Both the position numbers and the translations under genes were made by a program. This document shows positions 50,346 through 60,969 of a stretch of 64,000 nt of DNA, piece after piece. The notes below the pieces were generated by a model. It was not told the origin of the DNA and did not search any database. It was given only the letters and a program-made list of their open reading frames with translations. The DNA comes from Monocercomonoides exilis PA203. Its lineage: Eukaryota > Protista > Preaxostyla. Where the stretch lies: positions 496,001 to 560,000 of the forward strand of contig LSRY02000026.1 in the NCBI GenBank assembly GCA_001643675.2, in the 5' to 3' direction. Positions within the stretch are counted from its first letter, which is position 1. Each line of letters opens with the position of its first letter.

Positions 50346-51260
50346 ATGATGTCTGTATCACAATTCTCTCCGATTGTTGGACTTACGCTTTCGGCTGATT
50401 CTGCAGTGCAGCACAGTGGGGCACAAAGCCAACCAGGGAACTTGTCACAACCAAACATCTTTTCTTCCGCTTCAATTTTTTCACCTTCTCCATCGGAAGG
50501 TTTAGCACAGGAGTTGACCCCTTCAGCTGACAGAAAGGAGAATGATGATGTGTTAGACATATCCCAACTTATTTGTCAGGAGTTTGAGGACATTTTCGGA
50601 CAAACGCCGAATATTTCAATTTTTGATCTAAGGATTTCCACTATATCTGTCCAAGATGTTGTTGAGGAGAATGCAACACAGGATTTTAGCCTGTTGTAAT
50701 CTCTTGAACCGCCCACTGCCAAGAGAACAGAAAACTGGATTAACGATGCGTTAGATCAGGCGGGTTACAAAATGGAGATTTATCTTTTCCAGGCAATTAA
50801 AGCTGCACTCATAGGCTTAGCCGAAATACAGACTTCAAAGGAAGGTGCAAAGCAAAGACTGGCTGACATCTTGATTTTGGTTACCAGGGCTCTTCAAGAG
50901 GCACGAACGGTTCGAATTCAAGGCAGGTTTGGTTTCAGGGCTGCCACAGCGATGAGCACAGACGCTTCTACAGGAATTCTCACAGAGAGACAGGAACTGA
51001 TTCTCAAAGAAACAAGGCAGGAAGCCAAGCTAGAGAGAGGCTTCCAGAGACCAGTACTTCCTATTACACGTGTTCAGGCTCCTGTTAGAGAACAACCAGG
51101 AACACTTCAAAGAAGATATAGTTATCCCATTTCTCACACAAATACACGGTTTTTTCGGAGATACCCCCGGTCCTCAGCGCTCGCAAGAAGACAGCAATTC
51201 GGAAGAAGGAGGAACCAGAGCAGTTGGAGCAGGAGACCAGGGGGGCGTCAACAATTTTAG
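50346..51260 (+). pseudogene. DIRS gag-like ORF (in-frame TAA 50697-50699)
   Basis: ORFs 50346..50699 and 50772..51260 are in frame; homologous to copy 1. Confidence 0.8.
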
Positions 51261-54200
51261 AGCCAGTTCACAAGGAGACAGAGCAGAGGAGGCAGATAGG
51301 AGGAAGAACAGCATTGTTTATCTCGGCATAGAAGCGAATCGGAGGAGAGAAATTGATAAGCAATGGAGTGCAGGCCATGTGGAAAAGCAAGCAGTCCAGG
51401 AAAGCTCTCAGCCAAGTGCAGTTCAGAGACGGAGCGTTGCTTCTCAACCAACAAAAGATCAAGAAATTCAAGAAAATATCAGAAGAACAAATACGAACAG
51501 GAGTCGTTATCCCGATGGAGCAGAAGGATGTGAAATACAGAAACAATGTATTTCTTATTCAAAAGAAGTCAGGCAGCTGGAGACAGATTCTCGATTGTCG
51601 GAAACTGAATGCAGCGGTGAAGAGAACACATTACAAGTGCGATGGAGAAAAGACAGTGGAACGGCTGATAAGACGGAAATATTACGCAGTATCCCTAGAC
51701 TTGGAACAAGCTTATTACTTAATCCCAGTCTCAAAAGAACTAATTCCCTATCTTGCTTTCAGATTCATGGGAAAAGATTACTCCTTCAAAGGCATGCCTT
51801 TCGGCTTTGCAGATGCACCGCGTCTGTTCACACATATAATGAGGAAGGTGACAGCGGAGATAAGAAGGAGATGGGATGTCAGAGTCATTGCCTATTTGGA
51901 CGACCTTCTTTTTCTGCATCAAGATCAAGAAGTCTTGAAGAAAATAATTCAGGAGATAATCGTATTTTTGGAAAGCCTCGGTCTGCTGATAAACAAGAAG
52001 AAGTGCAACCTCATACCGAGTTCGCAGTTCAGCTTCCTTGGATTCGAATGGAATACAACAAGCTTCGATGTGTGTCTAACGAAGGAAAGAAGAAAAACAG
52101 TGCGAGAGCTGTGTCACAGGTGGGAGAGAAGGTGTTTAAGAGCCAAGACTATCAGAGTGAGGGACTTAGCATCATTCGTGGGAAAGCTCAGTTCTACACG
52201 CTTCGTTCTGCCAGACGCATCTTTACACCTCCAATCAATCTTCAAATTGCTGCAGAAAGGAGTTTTAACAAACGGATGGGATGGAATGATGAGGCTGAAT
52301 GCGTCAATCCTCCAGCAAATAAGAAGATGGAGATGGACATTGAAGAAGAACCCCAGACGCAGACTAACACCAGTGTTTATTCCAGAAGCAGTACTAACCA
52401 CCGATGCATCAGAAAGCTCCTGGGGAGCAACCCTCAGAATAAACAGAATGTCACTAGATTGTCACAGTCGTTTTCCATTCGCGGTGAAGAACCAATCATC
52501 CAACTTCAGAGAACTAAAAGCTGTGGAACTTGCCCTAACACATTTTGCACCAATCCTAGCAGAGAATCGGATTTCACAGTTGCAACTTCGGTCAGACAAT
52601 TCGGCAGTCGTCTTCAACGTGAACAGATGGAATGCAGGAAGGAATCTTCACCCGACACTCAAAAGGATATGGACATTGAAGGAGAAACTGAAAATAGTCC
52701 TGAAAGCAGTTCATCTTCCTTGACAGCAGAACACAAGAGCCGATGCTTTGTCCCGCCTGGAAAGAGCAGGAGACTACAGCATTACGGACGAAGATCTCTC
52801 TCAGATTCTGGAGGTGCTTCAAGTTACTCCAACGCTGGACGCCTTTGCAGCTCAACACAACCACAAGGTCGATCGTTGGTGCGGAATAGGAAGCCCATTG
52901 GGAGAAGACGGTCTAGCATATCCATGGAAGAACGAGTGCGTTCTGGCACACCCCCCAGTTCCCCTGATACCAATGACGATTCGGAAGGCACAGAAGGAGA
53001 GAGTACCAGTAGTATTACTCCTGCCGAACTGGAAGGGGCAGAACTGGGATGTGCTGTTGGAGAAGACGCCTCTTCGGACATTCGAATGGAAGAGTCTGAG
53101 AACAGTACTGAGAAAGGGTCCATCAATGGCAAGCACAGGTGCATGTCTTCCTCCAGGCCGGTTAAGAGTCATATTGATCAATCCACCAGAGTTAAAGGCG
53201 AGAGCTGGTGGAGAGGGGCGTTGGAAGAAAGATCTTTCCCAGTTTCATTGGCAGAGGAGTGCATATCGGGAATTGCTCAGTCGACGTGGGATGGATATTT
53301 ATTCGGCTTCGCACACTTTGGAGAACAGTGGGAAAAGAGTGATATGGGCATAATTCCAGATGATATTCACGAGTGGGAAGCTCGATGTTCCAGTATATTT
53401 ATTACCCTTAGAGACAATGGAATGAGGCTGTCATGTTTGCAGCTCATCCGCTCAGCAGTTTCATTTTTCACAAGCTTGGTTTACAACACAAATTTAGGGG
53501 ATATTCCGATAATAAAAATATTGTTTTAAGGGTTTAGAAGAACAGAGAGGTCAAGAAAAAAGAAGGTCCAAGAAATTTGGAATCCGAAGACCATTCTGAC
53601 ATTCTTTTCTAATCTTGGAGAAAATCAAAGCTTGAGTTTCAAACATCTGACAATGAAAGCCATTGTGCTCACCATGTTATTCACTGCGTGCAGGTTTACA
53701 GAGTTGGAAAGAGTAGATATGGAAAGATCAAGATTCGAGCAGGAAGGAATATACCTGGACACAAGGCTCAAAACATCGCTTAATCGAACAGAGATTGCCG
53801 TTCCTTTTTTAAATGAAAACCCGTCAATTTGCCCAGCTTCGGCTATTCAGGTTTTGTGGGAAGAAACACAAAAGAGAAGACCAGATGGAAATAAATTGTT
53901 TTTAAATACCGAAACTTTTCATCCTCTAACAGTGGAAGGTATTAGACGATTGGCAAAAAAGACGTTGAAGGAAGCAGGAATTCCAGGCCATTTCACTCCT
54001 TATTCAATAAAGGCTGCAACGCTTTCAACGCTAACGATGTCAGGAATTCCACCAACTCAGATTGCGAAGTTTGCTTGTCTTTCCCCTAGAACAGACACTT
54101 TGGTGAAGCATTATGTGAAGGCCAATCTTGCTTCAACATTGGGGAAAGTGATTGCTTCAACTTTGAATGCTCCCAGTGAAGAGTTAGCAACCAAGCGGTC

Positions 54201-54519
54201 AGCAGAGGATGGTGGCAAGGGGTGTGTCAGACCAGAAAGAGACCAGAGGAACAATAATGATAGACGAGCAATGGAATCTGGGATGGTACTGAGGGACAAG
54301 AAGCGCCTGATGAAGCCATGTTTGAGTGAGGAAAAGGCTAAAGATACTGTTAAATTCCCTTCCAGAGTGGATGAGCCTGATGAGGAGATGGAGGAACGGA
54401 AGTCACTTGGAGAACAATTCATTATTCGAACAAGATCACAAGCAAAAAAGGAGGAAGAGAGCAACAACGCAAAGAAGACGCACACTGTGGTAGTAATGAT
54501 GGCTTCATCATCCAACTAA
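51070..54519 (+). pseudogene. DIRS overlapping ORF with C-terminal tyrosine recombinase (in-frame TAA 53527-53529)
   Basis: 1150-codon frame; ILF*GFRRTER...IWNP...LTMKA...ACRFTEL...PYSIK...KHY. Confidence 0.88.
51122..53353 (+). pseudogene. DIRS pol RT-RNase H-methyltransferase (in-frame TAG 51329-51331, TGA 52721-52723)
   Basis: YLDD, TTDAS, SDN, DAFA and HPP motifs as in copy 1. Confidence 0.92.
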
Positions 54520-55346
54520 TTGATTCTTTCAAACAAGAGAAGGAATTGATTCTCCACTTTCTTTTTTAAAATATAGAGAAAAAATGAAATAAACAAGAAT
54601 TCAAAATAGAAGCAATCGCAAACAAGTATGATTTTCAGTTACAGATTGCTCCTGCATGCTTGCAAGAATGAATCATTTTGTAAAATGAACATTATTTTAT
54701 TAATATTGAATGAGCAAATGTTAGGATATAAGAAATTTGTTCAAAATAATAACTTAAAAAAGCACAAAACTTTCACTGCACTTTCACTTGCTTTGAGTAT
54801 TGGATAAAATAAACAAAGTGTTTTAATGAAATATTTTATTTATTTATTTATTTGTGTTATTATCGTATTAAAACAAACTTTTTTTCACAACTTATAAATT
54901 CCAAAGATTTTTGACCTGTAAAATTGTTTCATATAAATAAATTAAGTTTTTCTAATTTATAATTTTGACACAACTTCTTTTCTTTTCTTTCCATTTTATT
55001 CTTTATTTTAAACTTGATAAAAAAAATTACTTTAAAAATCAATATGTGACTAAAAGCAAATTTAAAGAATTTTTTAATTATTAATACATGGTTTTCATAT
55101 GTTGTGCGTCTTTCATTAAGTCAAAATTTGAATAGTTTCGAAGTCGAAAAAATTTATTGAATAATTATGATTTCAAAAATATTGTGTCGAATCTTTCTTC
55201 TAAACATGTAACAATGTTATTCTCTTACAAACTGAATAGTTATTTTAACGAAAGGCGGATGTGGGAAATAAACCTGTGAGACGTGAGGTGAGTTTTGTTT
55301 TCACGTCCGTCGGTAAAAATTTTATCGTCAGTGTTTAATATTTTCC

Positions 55347-55347
<1 letters not shown>

Positions 55348-55393
<46 letters not shown>
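55348..55393. repeat. Poly(T) tract of 46 nt
   Basis: Directly visible homopolymer. Confidence 0.95.
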
Positions 55394-55397
<4 letters not shown>

Positions 55398-55599
55398 ATT
55401 AATTAATAAGAAAACTTATTCTCTTTAAGCATTCATTAATGTTTCCTATTAAAGATTATATGAAAATAATATTTGAAAGGAAAATTTTTTGTATCAATTT
55501 TTCATTTCCCATTAATCCATTTTAATTTCGATTTTTTATTGAATTGTTTTTATGTCAGATATCCCACTTGTTTTAATCGATTCATCCTTCTATTCAGAA

Positions 55600-57372
55600 C
55601 AAACCACTTTATTTTTCATGCATGCTCTTCATCAAATACAGCTGTGGTGCATGTTGGAACTGAATCTCAAAGAGCGAAACCTGGTAGATTGTCCTTTTCT
55701 GAATTGAACAGCTATCTCCTTGAATGGTGTGAGTGGAATGATTCAAAAGGTGGAAGCGCCTGGGGCGAGGCACTTCGTGTTGAATGCACAAATGCAAATC
55801 TCACAATCGCTTTGTGTTCATTCAACAAATGCTCATCAAGTAAAAGAAATGGAGGAGCGTTATATAGTAACAGTTAACAGAATGAGAATATTGCAAAATC
55901 CAATTTCTCAGGTTGTACAGCTGCTCATGGAGGAGCAACTTGCATAGCTTGGCCACAATAAAATTCTGTTTGGTCATTCTCAAAAAACAGAGTTGAAAGT
56001 TGTTCAATATTTGGTAGCGTGGAACATGCTGGTATTTTTCAATAAATGGAATGCCAACAAATGCTTTCTCCCTGTTTGCCAAATGCAAGTGCATCTCAAA
56101 TTCTGGTGGTAATTCTGCTGGTTCTCTAACATTTTCTTATCCTCCACAAAATAGACCAAATCAATTTTTGGTTAATGATTGCCAACCTATAAACAACAAA
56201 TTGACAAATTCGTCATCTTCATTAGGAGGAGCTGCCATTTATTTTCATTCAACTTATTCCTGGATGATCGGAATAAAATTCATCACATTCTGCTTCTTCG
56301 ATGGCAACACTGCAGCAAATGGAAGAGGAAATGATGTGTTCTTCAGCGGAAATAGCATCACCCAATCTCCATTCCAGCAATGTGGTTCAACAACCTCATC
56401 AAAAAGAGTGTATAATAATGGACAAGCTGATAATGCTGTGTATAATGGCTGGCTCCCCCTCATCGCCCAGAATAAAATAGTTGCAAATGGTGGAAGTGAT
56501 GTCGATGCCTGTGGCAAAATACAGCAAAGCCCATGTGCCACAGTTGAATATGCTTTTGGATGCGTTGCTCCCTTCTCCAAGACGCCTTCCTCACCCTTCT
56601 TGGTTCAACATTTGTTCAGACTCAAATAATTCACTTTAGTAAAGCTGTCACGAAAATCACAGGAAACGGTACAGCAGCCACAACCATCTCATTGAGTGAT
56701 ATTCCTCAACCTTCATTGTCATCATCATCTTCTTCTTCACCAGATCTATCTGCCTCGTCTGCCCTCTTCCAACAGACCCAGGGCTCCCTCACAGTCTCTG
56801 CCCTTGCCATCGCCCACAACTCCACAAACCAAATCACCCCCATCCTCTTTCACCTCTCCAATGACTCCCCTTCCCTCAACCTCAACACAACCACCATCAC
56901 CGGAACAACCTCCATAACAATAAAAACCCCCCTCTTCTTCCTCACTGCTGGCTCTCTCGCCCTCAACCACACAGCAATCACCAGTCTCTCCCTCAACAGC
57001 CAAAGCATTTTCCACCTCACCTCCCTCACCGCTCCCCTCACTCTCAACGCCTCCAACATCACAGACATCACCTCCACAGCCACTCCCACCAGCTGTGTCC
57101 TCTCTTCTGCCACCTCCCCTGCCCTCTCCCTCTCCCTCACCAACTGCACCATCACCAACATCAACTCAGAACAGTTGAGCCAACAGACTGCCACTAATGG
57201 CGGGTGCATCTCATTCGCCTCATCTGCGTCTGTAAACACATTTTCGGTGAGCTACACCAATTTCTCCAGCTGCCGTGTGAGCGAAAGGAAAAACGGAAAT
57301 CGAGAAAATGAAGGAGGAAAAAATTACAGAGAATGTGGGATGCTTCTAAAAACAGATGCAAAGGCGAAATGA
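55600..57372 (+). pseudogene. Disrupted beta-helix adhesin-like / surface protein fragment
   Basis: GGALY, GGAAIY, FDGNTA..GRGNDVF, GSDVDACG...PCATVEYA and GGCISF motifs with a Ser/Thr/Leu-rich solenoid. Split by stops and a frameshift near 56570. Confidence 0.7.
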
Positions 57373-58302
57373 AGAAAATGCACTTCTTTTCAAAGAAGTT
57401 GGCATTAGAAAATTTACGGGGATGTTGTATGAAAATGAAGAGATAAATGATAACGAAAATAAAGAAGATGCGTGAAGTGATGAGAAAGAAAGAGGCTTAA
57501 TAAAAGAAAAAGAGAAAGATCATTTTGAAATAATGAGATTACGACAAAAAAAGAATGATAGAAAAAATGAAAGGAAATAAGGAAAAATGAAAAAGGAAAA
57601 GGAAATATACCTACGATTCTGCAACTACAACATCCAAGTGCAATGTTTATTGTGATTATGGATTCTGCATTATGAAACACGCACACGAAACAAATTTATT
57701 CTTCAGAATTTACAGAATATCATCGTTTTCTTTTTAATATTTATGCAAAAACTCTTAAAATTATCTTCAAAGTTAATCATTCTTTACATAAAATTCAAAA
57801 CAAATAACATTTTCACTTTGTTAACAAATTAATTGTTTAATATTTATTTTATTTAAGCTTATTTTCACGCTTCCGTCGAATTATCAAAATTTCTTTAATA
57901 AAACCATCAAAAAAGGTTTGATTTTTCTTTTGTTTCCACTATATTTTAATAAGTGTGTTTTGTTTGTTTTATTTTCCTTTTCCACAATTATTATTAATTT
58001 GAATGATCTTTTCTAATTTGAATTAGGGTGGCGATTTTTAAATTTTGTGCTTTTATTTGAATAAAGTCCACTTTATTCAAATAAGCATGAGGATATTAAA
58101 AAAAAAAAAAAAAAACCTCAATTAATTCAAATTTCCCAACTTAATCTGCATTGTATCTAATTTTCTAATTAAAATCACACCATTTTTTTAAACAAACACA
58201 AAATTTAGTATTCACAAAAATCTGACAAAACAAAAATAAAAGCATTTAAAATGAATTGAGAGGTCTTTAACGTTGAAAATAACTGACAATTATGACTTAT
58301 AA

Positions 58303-58337
58303 CTACCGGGTTTTCCACTATCTACCGGGTTTTCCAC
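58303..58337. repeat. Direct repeat CTACCGGGTTTTCCAC x2 (19-bp period)
   Basis: 58303-58318 and 58322-58337; GC-rich island in AT-rich DNA. Confidence 0.85.
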
Positions 58338-58860
58338 CTAGGGTATATATTGATGCTTGAAGTGAAGAAAATGAACAAAACTCTCCAACATCTTATCACA
58401 CTCATTTTTTTCCTCAAAAAATGTATCAACATTGAACGAACTCCACATCTTTGTTTGTGTTCTTTGCCAAAATACTATTATTTGGTTCAGAAAATTCTTA
58501 TTTAGTTAGAATTTTTTAATTTGAAATTTTCAGATAAAAGTTATAGAGAAATCTCGGTTAATTTATTTATCTTTTAGTTTTTAATTTTTTTACTAATGTT
58601 GACTTTTGAATGAATAAATTTCCTGCTTTCATAACAAATGGAATAACATTAACTTCAATAACTACTGCATTTTCTTGGAATAATTGAATTGTGAAAAATA
58701 ATTGATGTGCTTTGAGTTATAATATGCCTATTTTTTCATGAATATAATCTCAAGCTTCGTCATTTCGAACAATTATCAAGATTTTTATTTTTGATTGATT
58801 AATTTCTCTCCATAGGAATAAAACGTTTGTAAAATCAACACACAGAAAAAAGTTATGATT

Positions 58861-60234
58861 TCAAAAATAATCATACATATACACAAAATAATTTGTGTAA
58901 CAGACAGATAGTCCAATAACATTATTGGGTGTCAATGTTGGTAGAATTTTTTGAAAGCTTGTGATAACGTCTTCGTATCCTTCTTTTTCCATGTTTTCTA
59001 TCATTTTCTTTTTTGTTTCCATTGTTTTCGCTTCCTCTTCTTTATTATCTCTCTTCTCTTTCAATCTTCTTGAAAGCTCCAAAAAGAATTCCAAGCAACT
59101 TCTTGCAATATTTTTGTTCAACGTGGGTTGCAGTATCCCTTCCATCATAAAATTTACTGCTCCTCCATCCACAAAACCGTTAACACTCACACTTTCAACG
59201 TATCCTATTGAATGAAACATGGAAATGCGCCATTCAGTTATAGCTCTTTCATTCTCTTTTGTGTCAAAACACATCTTGACAAGACTTTGGATCAATCCAA
59301 CAAATTCCTCTTTCCACAATCTCAAACTCAGAAAGAACACTTCTATCAAAAAAATCCATTTCATAATGATCTTTCTTTCTTTCTTTTTTCTCTTCTCAGT
59401 CTTTTCTTCTTTTTTGTTTCAATCAATGCATTTCGACAGATCTTCCACTTCTTTTGCAGCTTCTTCAGCAAAATGCATCCGATTCACAACAACATCTTCT
59501 AAACTTTTTTCTGAATGAAATCGGCTTATCACAATCTCCCAAGCAGATAGGCACCCAAGATGCGTCAAATTATGATGATCCCGATGATATCTGATGATCT
59601 CTTTGATTTCATTCAGATTTGGTTCACGATCCTCTCTCTTAAAAATTACATATAAAAAAAGCAACAATTTAACAATAATGATTCTATTTCAAACTGTGAG
59701 CATTTCAACGCGTCTCAAGGTCAGCAAAGCCATTTCAACTTCCTTTTGCGTTTCCTCGTTTTGATCAATTTGCTTTGCAGCTTTAAGAAGGCACTTCACG
59801 CAAACTGACAATAATTCTTTTGAGGTATCATTGTTTAGCAAAAGATGACATTCACAAAGATCAACTTGCAACTTCTCTTTCTTTCCTTCTGTTTTTCTAT
59901 TTTCTTCAAGAATGATCTTCTCAAATATTATCTTCAATGAAGAGCTATCGCAACAGCAATTCCAAAATTCTTTCCACACATTGCAATATCCCATATGCTT
60001 CAACATAGGCAACGCATTTATTAAATTCAATTTCTTTTCTTCAATCATTTTGTGAATTTTATTGAACATTTCAATTGTACAAATTTCCATGAATTCATTT
60101 TTGCTCATTTCGTCAACAATTTCGATCATTTCAACGATTTTCTGTTTCTGCTCATTCTCATTGCAACCTTCAAGTTCGTAAAGCAATTCTTCAAGCACAC
60201 ATAAAGAATAAGAAGCAGTGCCTTTTTTTATAAA
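58861..60234 (-). pseudogene. Expanded helical hypothetical-family gene with a probable intron (about 59638-59694) and a premature TGA/frameshift near 59420
   Basis: ORFs 59689..60198, 59419..59667 and 58861..59364 are colinear with the 25-26 kb paralog. KCID*NKKEE suggests a TGG->TGA change. Confidence 0.7.
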
Positions 60235-60969
60235 CTATTGGAAAAGAACAAACTCTTAAACTTATCAACTTCGGATGTACTTTGAATGATATAAAAAAAT
60301 TTTATTCTGTTCGTAATTGAGTGAACCTTTTTCATCTTGAATTGCGATTTAAACAGAAAACAATCGGTGAAAGCAAACTTTCTTCTTTTTCACACTTTTT
60401 GAAAATGTTATTATCTCAATCCTAACTTCTTTCCAATTTCAAAAAAATAAGTGTGAAATATGTCACAACAACAAAACCAATGATCGTTTTTGTATTTGTG
60501 AAGATAAGCAAATCTTTTGTTTCTTTTTGATCAAACCAACAAAATGAATAATTGTTGTCTTATATTCTTTATTATTCAAAATATAAGTCTGTCAAGACTT
60601 TTCATAATTTTTTCTCATGATTATTTTAAACTCTGAGTGACATGAACAAGAAAGTTCTTAACGTCCATCACCAATTTTCCAAATATTTTAAAAAAAAAAA
60701 GAGAGAGAGAGAAAGAAAGAAAAATAAATAAATAAAAAATCATATTCCAAACTATATTTTTCATAACTACAAATTGAATGATGAAAGAATAAAAAATTGC
60801 ATTCAAAAAGGATTATTGACATCAAACACTTATATCTTGTCTGAATTTATATTTTAATGCGCGCTCATAAAATGCAACAAAAAACTCAATTTATTTATAT
60901 ATTATAGCTTTTTTAAATTTTAAAAAACTACTTTTACTTTTTCTCGAACCATAACTCGGAACAGCAAAA

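Larger units (their letters stand above)
50242..54570 (+). mobile_element. DIRS1-like retrotransposon, copy 2 (ICR and most of right ITR deleted)
   Basis: Colinear with copy 1 (coding coordinates sum to 62697). Left ITR intact; the 3' end lacks the 266 bp between two TCAAA(C)AAGAGAAGGAATTGAT repeats. Confidence 0.95.

Noticed and set aside
55232-55316. Canonical active hammerhead ribozyme
   Set aside because: Core reads CUGAAUA rather than CUGANGA, the NUH triplet is not correctly placed after stem III, and stem I is weak. Kept only as a structured-RNA candidate.
58023-58028. TTAGGG telomeric seed
   Set aside because: Single hexamer with no tandem array.
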